Shown here: one piece after another, positions 49,007 through 59,204 of the stretch
How positions within the stretch are numbered: the first letter of the stretch is position 1
How the letters are laid out: each line of letters opens with the position of its first letter
NCBI GenBank assembly: GCA_044376115.1
Contig: JBILLK010000013.1
Span: forward strand, 32,001 to 96,000
Source: Polyangiaceae bacterium
GTDB lineage: Bacteria; Myxococcota_A; Polyangia; Polyangiales; Polyangiaceae
Direction of reading: 5' to 3'
Length of the DNA: 64,000 bases
The notes under the pieces: model-generated
Databases searched by the model: none
What the model saw: the letters and a program-made list of their open reading frames with translations, nothing else
Told to the model about the DNA's origin: nothing
Position numbers and translations under genes: made by a program

Positions 49007-49168
49007 GTGACGAGCTCTCGAGATATCATCGCGACGCTCGATCCTCGTGCGCGTCAAAGGCGATCACCACCATTTCAAGCACCCGACGAACCCGGCCATC
49101 CCAAGCGAGATCTCAGCATCGGGGTGATCAAGAGCATCGAGCGGATCACCGGCCTACGATTCACCTGA
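49007..49168 (+). pseudogene. hicA: HicA toxin disrupted by two internal deletions
   Basis: SSRDII..L / LVRVKGDHHHFKHP (shifted frame) / HPKRDL.IG.IKSI. Confidence 0.85.
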
Positions 49169-49182
49169 GACCCGAGGCAACC

Positions 49183-49596
49183 ATGCGATACCACGCGAAG
49201 CTTGCGAAAGATGGCCGATACTGGTCTGCCATCTTCATCGATGCCCCGGGCTGCGCCACCTTCGCGGGGACCCGTGACAAGGCTCTGCTCGCCGCGAAGG
49301 AAGCTCTCGAGGGTTGGCTCGAGGCTCATCTCGTTGACGGGCGCGCACCGCCGAAGCCCGCATCCTCCTCGCGCGGAGAGCCGGTGGATGTCGACCCCCA
49401 GCTCGCCGTAGCGGTGAGCCTGCGATGGGCACGCCAAGACGCGGGGCTCACACAGGCGGACCTTGCTGCGCGGATTGGCGTCTCGCAGCAACAGGTGGCG
49501 AAGCTCGAGCGTCCCGGTGCCAATCCATCCATCGCGACGCTAAAGAAGATCGCTGTCGCGCTCGGCGTTCGCTTCGAGTTCGACCTCGTTGCGTAA
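49183..49596 (+). CDS. hicB: HicB-like antitoxin with XRE HTH
   Basis: F.D.PGC.T...T...AL..A.EAL..WL; GLTQ.DLA.RIGVSQQQVAKLE. Confidence 0.9.
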   Translation: MRYHAKLAKDGRYWSAIFIDAPGCATFAGTRDKALLAAKEALEGWLEAHLVDGRAPPKPASSSRGEPVDVDPQLAVAVSLRWARQDAGLTQADLAARIGVSQQQVAKLERPGANPSIATLKKIAVALGVRFEFDLVA

Positions 49597-49619
49597 ATTA
49601 CACTGCCCGACAAGGTTAC

Positions 49620-49743
49620 GATTCGTGAAAACGCGGTCGACCTGCGACTCCAAACGTGAGCCGAGCCCCTCCCTCTCGCGCTCGTAGGCTATCGCCGCAT
49701 CGAAGAGATCGGCTTCGGCCAACCGAGTAAGCTCGACGATCAT
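49620..49743 (-). pseudogene. ParE/RelE-family toxin, N-terminal ~40 codons only
   Basis: MIVEL...AEADL.DA...YE....GLG.R; ATGA overlap with antitoxin; truncated at the hicB end. Confidence 0.72.
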
Positions 49744-49934
49744 CGGCCCCGAGCGGACCGCAGCCTATCCTGGAGTTCGGCGCGGACCTCGGACCACGGC
49801 CGCACGGGAACAGTGCTCGAGCGAGCTTCTTCCAGCCGCTCCTTGATGAATGACTCGTGCCAAGTCGAAAGGGCAAGGGGCCTGCGGCCGTTTTTATCGA
49901 AGAGGGCCCGAGTCATTCTGTTCACTGCATCCAC
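49740..49934 (-). CDS. Addiction-module antitoxin (TIGR02574-like), possibly internally deleted
   Basis: LS.WH...I.ERL......RPWSEVRA.L. Confidence 0.65.
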   Translation of the reverse strand: MDAVNRMTRALFDKNGRRPLALSTWHESFIKERLEEARSSTVPVRPWSEVRAELQDRLRSARGR

Positions 49935-50112
49935 CTTCGGTGGAATCTAGCGATGCCAGTCCGGAACGGGGACATCGTCGGAGAAGCCGGGTGGCGGCGT
50001 GATCGCGTGCGACATTCCCGACATTCTACGCGATCGCGCTTCACGAATCGTCGCCTCGGGGTAGTCCAGCCGTCAGTTCTGGCCGAGGCGCGCGTCCAGT
50101 TGCGGCCAGACC

Positions 50113-50784
50113 ATGCTCCCGAGTTCGAAGGCCGCAGTTCTTTTTGGCACAGCGTTGCAACGCGGCCGCGCGTGGCGACGCGCGCAGCGTCTTCGGATGA
50201 TCGAGTCCCGACGGCGCCGGTTCCTCTACCTTTCTCGCGGCCGACGACTCCGCCGCGGGCGCTTCGCCTCCCAGCGAGCCTGCGGCTTCCTTCGGAGTCG
50301 CCCCGGACTCCCGCCCGAAAAACGCTGGAGTCAGCTCTATCTTCGAAGCGTCAAGCTGCATCGTGCCAAGCAACTAGGACTGCCCTACCCGTTCCGGCCT
50401 TGGCCGATCGTGTCGCTGGTGGAACACGGCGCGATCCCTGGGCCTCCGCTTCGCGTGTTGTTCGTGTGCTCGAAAAACCAATGGCGAAGTCCCACCGCGG
50501 AGCGCCTCTGGGAGGAGGATTCACGGTTTTCGGTGCGGTCAGCTGGGACGAGCGCCAATGCTCGCCGCCGGGTGCGATCGCAGGACCTGGAGTGGGCCGA
50601 CGTCATCGTCGCCATGGAGCACAAGCACAAGGAGCGGCTAATGGACCTTGACCGTCGCCCAGACCTGAAGCGGAAGGTCGTGGTCGCGAACATCACGGAC
50701 CTGCCGTACATGAGCCCACCGCTGATTCAGCGCCTTCAAGAACGCGTGGCTCCCATGCTCGAGGCGCGGCTCCGAGGTCGCTAG
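50113..50784 (+). CDS. Low-molecular-weight protein tyrosine phosphatase-like protein with basic N-terminal extension; start uncertain
   Basis: RVLFVCSKNQWRSPTAE P-loop, SAGT, WADVI.AME..H. Confidence 0.82.
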   Translation: MLPSSKAAVLFGTALQRGRAWRRAQRLRMIESRRRRFLYLSRGRRLRRGRFASQRACGFLRSRPGLPPEKRWSQLYLRSVKLHRAKQLGLPYPFRPWPIVSLVEHGAIPGPPLRVLFVCSKNQWRSPTAERLWEEDSRFSVRSAGTSANARRRVRSQDLEWADVIVAMEHKHKERLMDLDRRPDLKRKVVVANITDLPYMSPPLIQRLQERVAPMLEARLRGR

Positions 50785-50785
50785 C

Positions 50786-50991
50786 GCCCATTCGACCTGA
50801 GATAGTCTATCTCAGGCCCAATGGGCAGGTCCGCACGCGCCTGCGCGGTTCACCTTCGCAGCGCGAGCAAACGCCATCCACTCTTTGCCCCGTTATTGGC
50901 TCGTACGGAACGCTACGCCGGCCGGACAGAGCTGGTGCCGCGCGCAACGCGCCCATTCGACCTGAGATGGATCATCTAAGCCACAATGGGC
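50786..50991 (+). repeat. Family B double-hairpin element
   Basis: Both terminal hairpins present. Confidence 0.9.
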
Positions 50992-51239
50992 GGACCCGCC
51001 GGTGGCCTCACGCCGGCGCTCGCGCGAAGCCTCGCGAGACGCGGGCGTCGCGTTTGGGCGCTCACCTCGGAGACGCAGGGCTCCAGGCGATCGGGGTCGA
51101 GCTGAAGCTCACGCTCGAACTCGGCGCCGCCCGCGTCGGTCATCGTGCGGAGTGGACGCGCGCCGAGACGGCGCTTGCCGTGCTGGCTGTGATCGACCCC
51201 ACGGAGACGTCCGCTGCGGTCATGCGAGCGGCTGGCGAC

Positions 51240-51892
51240 TCATTCCGTCGAAGTGTTAACTCGCGCATGTCGATCGCGTCGGTTCTGAAGCCAGCGTAGC
51301 TTCTGCGGGTAGTCCTTCTGCTGGAACTCCGGCGGTCCTGTGTCGCCAGGCACCGCCGCGAAGGCATCGAGCCCGAACTGGTCGTAGGCGATCAATCCTT
51401 GCAGCTCGTAGTGCGCCAAGTCGTACAGCTTCCTGACGTTCATCAAGAAGCCGCGTTGGTCCCCCGATGCAAAGAGATCGCGCAACCACTCGCGCGCGCA
51501 GTCAATTGCCACCCGTGCCTGCATTAGCGCCTCGTCGCGCTGGTAGATCTTCAACGCGGTGTTGTGGATCCTGCTCGTTGACTCATGAAGTCGAGCTGAT
51601 GTTCTTCGCCAGCGTGATCGAAGATCACATAGCCGGCGCTATTGGTCGCGTCGTCGAGTGTCGGCAGGAAGGCTTTCCCATCGAGTGCCCGTGCTGCGGT
51701 TTCAACGTCGACGGCCGCCCCAAGGAAATCCACGTCCTTGCTCGTTGGGACAATGCCCCCTGGAAGCTCGATGCGCGAGGCGTAGTAGTTCGCCCAGAAG
51801 GCCACCGCTTGCCCACCGATTAGGACGAGGCGTTGTGGGAGTTCTCCCAGGCGCTGAAGCAGCGCTTCTGTGTCCTGGTACGAGAATCTCAC
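51240..51892 (-). pseudogene. Nucleotidyltransferase-fold protein broken by frameshift/deletion near 51580
   Basis: LVLIGGQAV.FW, TSKDVDF; second frame resumes SRIHNTALKIY... Confidence 0.68.
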
Positions 51893-52077
51893 CAGGAGCG
51901 CTTGGCGCCGCGGATATCCACGACGACGCCGGGAAACGCAAACTTGGCATTCTCAGCGTTCAGCTGCTGGACCGACTTCTCGCCGCTCTCGAGCGCACGT
52001 CGATCCTCGTCACGAGAAGCCTGCTTCTCGTGCGCGCGACGTTCCGAAAGGTTCTCGATGAGATTGGGCGAACGCAT
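51889..52077 (-). CDS. Small hypothetical protein coupled to the NTase gene (putative antitoxin)
   Basis: 62 aa; GTGA overlap. Confidence 0.55.
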   Translation of the reverse strand: MRSPNLIENLSERRAHEKQASRDEDRRALESGEKSVQQLNAENAKFAFPGVVVDIRGAKRSW

Positions 52078-52305
52078 AATCTCTAGCTCTCCTTAAAACT
52101 ATTCTCGGGAGGAGAACGGCGCAAGGGTGGGAATTGTAAGAAGCTCCTACGAACCACGAAGATGGAAAGTAGCAGAGTCCCGCCGCACAGGGAGACGCAG
52201 GACTTGGGCCGAGGGCCCCTCGTTCGTCCGCGCCGTCGCCGCCCCCGGCAGAGCTCGCCTTCCCGGAGCTGCTCGGCTCCTCGGCCGTTGCCCCGGCGCC
52301 TGCGC

Positions 52306-52514
52306 GCCCTTTGTGCCGGAGATAGTTTATCTCCGACGCAAAGGGCCGGTCCGCACGCGCCTGCGCGCTTCACCTTCGATGGACGCAGCTACCGTAATCG
52401 ACTCCTTACCCACATATTGGCCCATACGGCGAGCGCTACGCGGGCCGGCCGGCGCTGCTGCCGCGAGCAACGCGCCCATTCGACCTGAGATGGAATATCT
52501 AAGGCACAATGGGC
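52306..52514 (+). repeat. Family B double-hairpin element
   Basis: High identity to 37317-37525. Confidence 0.9.
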
Positions 52515-52604
52515 GGACCCGCCGCTCGCGTGCGGTCGCCTCGCCGGCAGCGACTGCTCGCCATCGCGGTGCAGTCAGACCCGCGGTGGGCCGCCGATGA
52601 CCCG

Positions 52605-54346
52605 ATGAGCACCATCACGACGCTAGAAGCCGATCTCGCTGCCCTGGACGCCTTCCTGTCCGACGAGGACGCACACGGTCCGCACGAGTTGGCGGACTTC
52701 GTGGAGCAGCGGCTGCGTCTCGACAACGCGCTTGCGCTGGCCGCGCGGCTTCCACGGCCACTGGCTGAGATGTTCCCGAATGCGACGCCGCTGGGCGAGT
52801 GGGCTCGCCCGGCGGGCTCGAGCTACGACGTGCGGCCTACGCCGCCGGAGGAGGAACGCGCGTTTCAATGGTCCTTCCGCTATCCCGCGGCGGTCGTCGC
52901 GACGCTCGAGCGCGGGCGTCGACCTCCCGTGGGCTGGGTACCCGGGAACTAGTCCAAGCGGCGAACAGCAGCGAGCCGTGGGATCGGATCTGGGCTCTCT
53001 CGGAGGTCGTGAGACTGGGTCTGCCGCTGCCTGACGACACCGAGCGGGCGCTCGCTCCGCTCGCCGACGAGGACGCCGACGTGCGGTGGTGGGCGTGGCT
53101 CACGGCCGTGCGCTGGGCCGAGGTCGAGCCGGAGCGGCAGGCGCTGCGCGAGGCGGTCGCGAAGCGGGCTCCCGAGGCCGACCCGTTGGCTGCTCCCATC
53201 GCGGCGTGGGCGGCGATGTTGATGAACTGCGCGACCGGCCTCACGCCGGCGCTCGCGCGCAGCCTCGCGAGACCACCCACCGAGATCGGGGACGCGCTGT
53301 CGCTCGTCAGTCGGCTCGGCGCGCAGCTCGAAGACTTGTCGCAGCTCCTCGAACCGCTCATCGATGGCCCAGACGAGGCCATCGCGTGCAGCGCCGTGTA
53401 CGCGCTGATGCAGAACACGCCCCACCGCTGGCGTCGCGTTTGGGCGCTCACCTCGGAGACGCAGCTTCATACGTCGCCAGAACGAAGGCCCCATGGCCCT
53501 CCGCACACGTGGACGGACCCCACCGCTCGCGCGACCTCCGCAAGGTTCGCCCTGGGCGGCGCCGCTGAGCGTCTTGGTGCGGACGCGGCAGCCACCTTCG
53601 TCGAGCACACGGACCAATGGTGGGTCATCCCCATTATCACCGGACTTGGCCCGCACGCCCGCGCGGCTGCGCCCGCATTGGTGGCGAAGCTCGAGGCGGC
53701 CATGGGGACGCAGTATCCACAAGTCCGTGAGCTCGTCGCAGCACTCGGCGCGGTGGGCGGGCCGATTGCATGGCAGGCGCTCGAACGACTCGCGGCGACA
53801 CACGAACGCATCGCCGTTCACCTCGGCGGGCTTGGCAGAAGCGCCGCATCCGTGATCGGCCGGCTGCTCGCAGCACCGCTCGCACCTGAAGTGCACGAAG
53901 CCCTGCTCGATGGGCTCGGCGCAATGCAGGTCCCCGAGCCGAGTTTGGCGCCCGCGGTCCTTCCCTTCTTGGAGTCTCCCAACTTGGACCTCCGCCTCTT
54001 CGCCATCTACGCCGCCGGAGCCTTCGAACTCGACGACACAACCGCCGTGCGACTGGCCTCGACCTTCGCAGCGTGCGCCGCCGAAGTCCCCCCGTTTCGC
54101 AGGCCGCTTCAATACGCCGCTCATAGCATGACCCCCACCTGGGCCTCACGCATCGACCACGAAAGCGACATCATCGCCGTCCGCTGCATCGAAGCCCTCG
54201 GCTGGACACGCCAATACGGCGAGGACCACCTCCCCGCCCTGCGAGCCATCGCCGCCCGCGCCCCAACAAGCCTCCGCGGGCGCTATGCGCTAGAGGCCGC
54301 TGAGCGCATTAGCGACCCAGAGCCGATGTTTGGGCGGGATAGGTGA
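52605..54346 (+). pseudogene. HEAT-repeat protein with probable frameshift near 52940-52946
   Basis: L.D.D.DVR..A and P.L...L motifs; N-terminal part in a different frame ending at 52952. Confidence 0.62.
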
Positions 54347-54409
54347 GTAGTGTAACGTACTGGCTAAGCCCGCGAACACAGAAAGCAGAGGACATGGTTG
54401 TGTGATGCG

Positions 54410-54565
54410 GCCCGTAAGCTTCGGGTGCGCGGTTCCGCTGAACTTTACAAACTCGTCGAACTCACTCTTCGCGATCTGAATACAGAATCCGAAGGCCCAC
54501 GTATCCGTGCGGTTCTTGATGGGCATGGGTGCCCAGCCGCGAACAAAGTAGGCGTCTCCAACCAC
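54410..54565 (-). pseudogene. DUF2199-like fragment
   Basis: YFVRG...PI.....WAFG..IQI...F resemblance only. Confidence 0.35.
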
Positions 54566-55263
54566 CGCCGCATCTTGGTTGTCGCCGTTCTAGCTCGCGG
54601 GCCTCCTGCGCGGAGATTGATATATTTGTAGGGGTCTGTACCGGTTTGTTCGCGTTGCTCAAGGGGACCTTCGTACTCGCCTGCAGTGCAGGAGAAGCAC
54701 CCGAATACCACCCACGCGGCTCGTCGCAACAGCACGGTAGTGAGACACGCGACGTCCCAACTTCGACGGCGGCCTCTGCGCCGATGGGTGCTTGCATCGC
54801 GAAGGACGGCACAAGATTCCCAACCCGCGGCGACGCATAGTTGCGACGGACGGCGGCGGGGAGATGGGGGGTTTAAAGCAGCGGGCGCATAGGTTATTGA
54901 GCACGGAATCGATCGCGCGGCGCCCCCGACGAGCTCGCCGTAGCTGCCCGAACTGCAGACCCGCTGCGAGCTTTCACATTCCCAGCCGGCGTCCAGGCCC
55001 TCGGCGAGAACAAGGGAGGACAAACCCTCGCCTTCAAAGTCCACTCACCGATGGCCGAGAGGCACCCTTCGAGGACGGAGACATGCCCCCCAAACGCCCT
55101 AAAGTGACGCACAATCGGCTTACCGCCGCATCCGGCGCGGCGCGGCGCGGAGGGACGCGGACGTGCCAATGCCACATGCCACCTTACACAGCCGCGCTCC
55201 ATACTAACCGACGCAACGCAAGCCTCCCCGCCGGGTTACGCAGACCGATCTCGCTGTCCACCG

Positions 55264-56468
55264 TTGCATTCGACAGTCCAGGACAATAGTCGTTGGGCGG
55301 ACCCAGAATTCGTCACGCGTTACGCCATGCCCCTCAGCGAACATACCAAAGTAGTCCTCGACGGATTGATTCGCCCGAACGAGGGTGCTCTCTCGGTGGA
55401 GGCGCGCAGGTTCGATGCCGTCCCAATGGGCCCTAAGGAGCTGATTGAAGACCTGGCCGCCCACTGGGTTCGATACATCGAGTGTCACAAGTGCGGATGG
55501 TTTTCACATTGCCAATATCCACAGCGATTTCCTGGTCAACCCCATCGCGCGCGGGATATTCAGTGCGGCGTCGCGCTTCGTGCGCTCACCAATTTTGTGC
55601 AGTCCTGGTGGAGCGCATTCGTGCAAATGGACGTTGCTCAGAAGCAACACTTCCTCGATGCACTTTTCTGGTGGACCGAATATGTGTCCGAGGCTGTCTT
55701 TTCCCTCGGCCGCATTTCCGACGTCGACCATCTCACATGGTGCGGCCCCGAGCTTGCCGCGCTTACAATGACGAGCCCAAACGTCTCAGACGATCGCTCG
55801 ATCAATTTTCGTTCCACATTGCGAGGACCGGCCAGCCTGTTCTTGAGGAAACCTTTGCGCTCGTTGAGGGTGAATCCGAGGCAGCGTTTCTCGAAACCCT
55901 GATTGAGCTGCGCTTCTTCGGCTCGCGAATTCTAGGCGTTGCCCCGTACCACGGAAAGGGCAACGCAAAGGCCTCCAGATTGCCCGCCGCAGACCTGCAA
56001 AGACGCGGGGTGCTAGCGGTCGTCCAGGTGGATGCGGACCGCTCTGCCCGTTCCTTCGACGACCTGAAGCAGCACCTTGCCGCCCACAGTGGTTCGATGT
56101 TCAAGTTCTCGAGTGATTTTGAGGGAGCATTTCCGGCCCCATTTCTTAGCGCGGCCCTCGAGGAGCTCGGTCACGCGGTGGATGTCACCTGGCTCACAGA
56201 GCAACTCGCATCCTCCCACCATGGTCCAATCGTTCGCGCCGTAGAACAGAAGCTCAATGTTTCAATCAGCAAGCCAGCGCTAGCTCGACAGCTTGCGTAC
56301 ATTACTCGAGCGCATTGGGCTTCATTCGCGCGCCGCCAGCCCCCATGCGAGATAGTTCTCTGGATCCGCCATCTGAACGACAGACCCGAGTGCCTGGGCA
56401 TCGCGACCCGAAGCTCCGCTCGCCCTCGAGACCTGAACGCCGACCAGGGCTTTCGCTGCGCGTGGTAG
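55264..56468 (+). pseudogene. Cys-cluster N-domain plus OLD-like TOPRIM domain, frameshift near 55778
   Basis: CHKC...HC...QC; LVEGESE, DAD, DFE motifs in second frame; appears lower in GC. Confidence 0.55.
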
Positions 56469-56563
56469 CCGCGTCGCGGCTGGGTTGGCCCGCGGGACGA
56501 AGCGCCCTCCCCTCACCTCGGTGCCCGGGCTCAGAGCGAAATTGGGCTCCGACTCGTAAGCAA

Positions 56564-56905
56564 TTAGGGCGCGAACATCTCCTGGAGCAGAACGAGAACC
56601 TTCTCGAATGTTGATGGGGAGAGTCGACCAAGTCGCTTCGCAAGGCGTTCGCGATCGATCGTGCGAAGCTGATCGAGGACCACGAAGCCGCTCTTACCCT
56701 CGAACTTGCACGGGACGCGGAATGGATAGGCGTGCTCGGCAGACGTCAAAGGAGCGACGATCACGGTCCTGAGATGAAGATTGAGTTCGTCGGGAGAGAC
56801 GACGATGCAGGGACGGGTCTTCTTCATCTCCGAACCGCGAGTTGGATCGAGTGAGACGAGAAAGACATCACCACGGCGGGGAGCCGACGTCTTCACCACA
56901 CCCAT
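56564..56905 (-). CDS. mazF: MazF/PemK toxin
   Basis: RGDV.LV.LDPT.GSE.KKTRP..VVSPDELN, DQLRTID..RL. Confidence 0.93.
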   Translation of the reverse strand: MGVVKTSAPRRGDVFLVSLDPTRGSEMKKTRPCIVVSPDELNLHLRTVIVAPLTSAEHAYPFRVPCKFEGKSGFVVLDQLRTIDRERLAKRLGRLSPSTFEKVLVLLQEMFAP

Positions 56906-57129
56906 TCGTCATCCTCGAATCGAGTGGGGGTCTCCGGATCTAGAAGGCCCTGGGTCATTCGCGCGGCGGCCGCAGCCCAGCCTGCGCGCGGAGCTCGAAC
57001 AGGGGCTATGACGATGGCGCCGTTTCGGACGTGAAGCTCAACCTCGTCGACGATCCCAGCCTCTTCAATGAGCGGCTTAGGTATGCGAACCCCACGAGAG
57101 TTGCCCATGCTGACCAAGCGTGCCTTCAC
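56893..57129 (-). CDS. mazE: MazE/AbrB antitoxin
   Basis: GNSRGVRIPK.LIE.AG...EVEL; overlaps mazF. Confidence 0.9.
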   Translation of the reverse strand: MKARLVSMGNSRGVRIPKPLIEEAGIVDEVELHVRNGAIVIAPVRAPRAGWAAAAARMTQGLLDPETPTRFEDDEWVW

Positions 57130-57130
57130 G

Positions 57131-57165
57131 GGAGGTACATTGTACCTCCGCAGCGTTCGCGTCAA
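57131..57165 (-). promoter_or_regulatory. mazEF operator palindrome GGAGGTACA-T-TGTACCTCC containing TACAAT, with TTGACG 15 nt upstream
   Basis: Perfect 9-bp inverted repeat immediately before the mazE start. Confidence 0.7.
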
Positions 57166-57209
57166 GCACCGTCTACCAAGCGGGCTTCCGCTGGGCTCGG
57201 TAACGAACC

Positions 57210-57541
57210 CGCCTCACCTCGGTTCCTAGCCTCGGTGCCCGGGCTCAGAGCGACATTGGGCGGGCCGATGGTTTATCGCAGGCCCCAATGTCGCTGGCCC
57301 CGGGCGGAGTTCGAGTTTCCCAGTCGCGATAGCGACGTAACCGCCTGGAGCTTCGCTAGCCCCCCTGGGTTACTTCGCCGAATTGGGCGGTTTACTCGCT
57401 AAACGGGAGGGTTACGGGAGGGTTGCCGCGGCCAGTGCGACAAATTTAGCCAATATCTAGGTAGCGACGCGCATCGAGGCTCATCGGATGCGACCTAACC
57501 GCCTGGAGCTAGCGCAGCTCCCCCGCCTTACTTCGCATTGG
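57210..57541 (+). repeat. Composite C/D element (head, one C hairpin 57250-57294, core, one 74-bp D unit)
   Basis: Matches 59205-59960. Confidence 0.9.
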
Positions 57542-57757
57542 CACCTCTGGTTTGAAACCGTAGAGCTGGAGGAGAAGTTCTTGATCGAGCTGGCGCTCGT
57601 TTAGCTCGGGACGTCGTGTTCGAAGTCCCGCTCTCGCCAAGCTCCGCGTGAGTTCGCTCATTTCTACGGCCGTGCGAAACCGACCAGCGGCGCCAAGTCG
57701 CCGCTGCGCTTGGGTTTGGACGGATGCCGCTTCCGCGGTGGTGTCGAGCACAGGCAC
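57509..57757 (-). CDS. Rv0078B/MenA-like small antitoxin, orphan; 3' end runs into the repeat
   Basis: DTT.EA..VQ....RRL....R.....EMS......AGLR.R.P......LYG. Confidence 0.62.
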   Translation of the reverse strand: MPVLDTTAEAASVQTQAQRRLGAAGRFRTAVEMSELTRSLARAGLRTRRPELNERQLDQELLLQLYGFKPEVPMRSKAGELR

Positions 57758-57877
57758 AACCGTGAACCTACCACGCGGACACCGCGCGTGCAGCATGCGG
57801 CACGGCCTTCGCGGCTTAGTAGCTTTGGCAGTGTCACCGGTATTGCGGAGTTAGGGGTTCTTGCAAAAGGCAGACGC

Positions 57878-58212
57878 TCGGGCTCAGAGCGACATTGAGC
57901 GGGCCGATGGTTTATCGCAGGCCCCAATGTCGCTCCTGCCGTTTGGTTTGCAGCGCTCGGCCACGAACGTGCGGCGATTTTCCGAGAGAATCGCAAAGGG
58001 TCCGCAGCCCTCGTCGGCCCGCACCGGTCGCCGCGGTCGCTGCACCGGTCGCCGCCAGGGCTCAGAGCGACATTGGGCGGGCCGATGGTTTATCGCAGGC
58101 CCCAATGTCGCTGGTCGCGGGCGCCCGGAGTTCGACTTTCCGAGGCGCGATAGCGACGCAACCGCCGGGAGCTAGCGCAGCTAGCGCAGCTCCCCCGCCT
58201 TACTTCGCATTG
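57878..58212 (+). repeat. Composite C/D element (C hairpins 57889 and 58067, truncated D)
   Basis: C pair spaced 178 bp. Confidence 0.9.
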
Positions 58213-58355
58213 AGCCGTTCGAGAGGACTGTTTGGCGAGCGCGGCAGCCAGTAGCCTTCGACCGGCTCGGTGTTGCGTAGTAAGTTCGTCTCTCGCGACG
58301 TTGCGCTTCCCTTGTCGTCCAGAATTCGGTACTGAACAAACGTATGGAGGTCTAG

Positions 58356-58562
58356 GTGGCGGCTCGCAAGCAGTTTGAATCAACTCTAACGGTGAGCCCG
58401 GAACTTCAACGCCTCCTCGACGAGGCCCGTGGCCGTGAGGTTTCTGAGCAAGAACTCCATGAGCAACGCATAAGCTTTGCCTTCGGGAACGCACCTGAAT
58501 CCGAGCTCATTACAAAGGACTCGGTCAGACTCACATCGCAAAGAATTCGCCTGCGAGGCTAG
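58356..58562 (+). CDS. Small protein upstream of Fic (putative antitoxin)
   Basis: GGAGG RBS; EQRISFAFGN motif; 15 nt before the fic start. Confidence 0.65.
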   Translation: MAARKQFESTLTVSPELQRLLDEARGREVSEQELHEQRISFAFGNAPESELITKDSVRLTSQRIRLRG

Positions 58563-58577
58563 GTTCGGGAGCGGCTC

Positions 58578-59173
58578 ATGTCGGTGCGAGAGCAGGACGA
58601 TCCGCAGCTATACGCGCGTGTGCAGGAGCAGAACCTCCTCCGACAGTACGATCTGCTTACGAACTGCATCGAGATCGGCCTAGCGAAGGGGGTTGAAGCG
58701 TTCGATAAGTATACGCTTTGGGCTCTCAATGCGGCCGCAGTGTCCAACATCGCCCAATTCGGCGGACGCATCCGCGAGCACCCCATCTACGTTGGGAGTC
58801 ATATCCCGCCACATTTTCGCGACGTCCCCAATGTGACGGACCAGTTGCTTTCGGTCGTCCACGAGAACTGGGACGTCCTGAGTCACCCAACGCTTCTGCC
58901 TGCCTACGTACTGTGGCGCCTCAACTGGATCCATTCATCGAAGGCAATGGGCGAACCGCGCGAGCGGCCTGTTACTATCTTATGTGCCTACGGCACGGCG
59001 CATTGCTTCCCGGCACGAAGATAGTGCCTGAGCGTATCCGAGCTAACCGTGCGCCATACTACGTCGCACTGCGAGCCGCCGACCGACACTGGGAGGCTGG
59101 TCGCTTCAATGTGGACGAGCTCGCCCAGTACCTAGCCACTCTGCTGGAGGATCAGTTAGCGAATCGTCCTTAG
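58578..59173 (+). pseudogene. Fic/Doc family protein frameshifted in the catalytic motif
   Basis: W.LNWIH in frame 1, PFIEGNGRTARA in frame 2. Confidence 0.88.
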
Positions 59174-59204
59174 TGGTTTAGCTGACAGTTGGCGCGTCGC
59201 TGCT

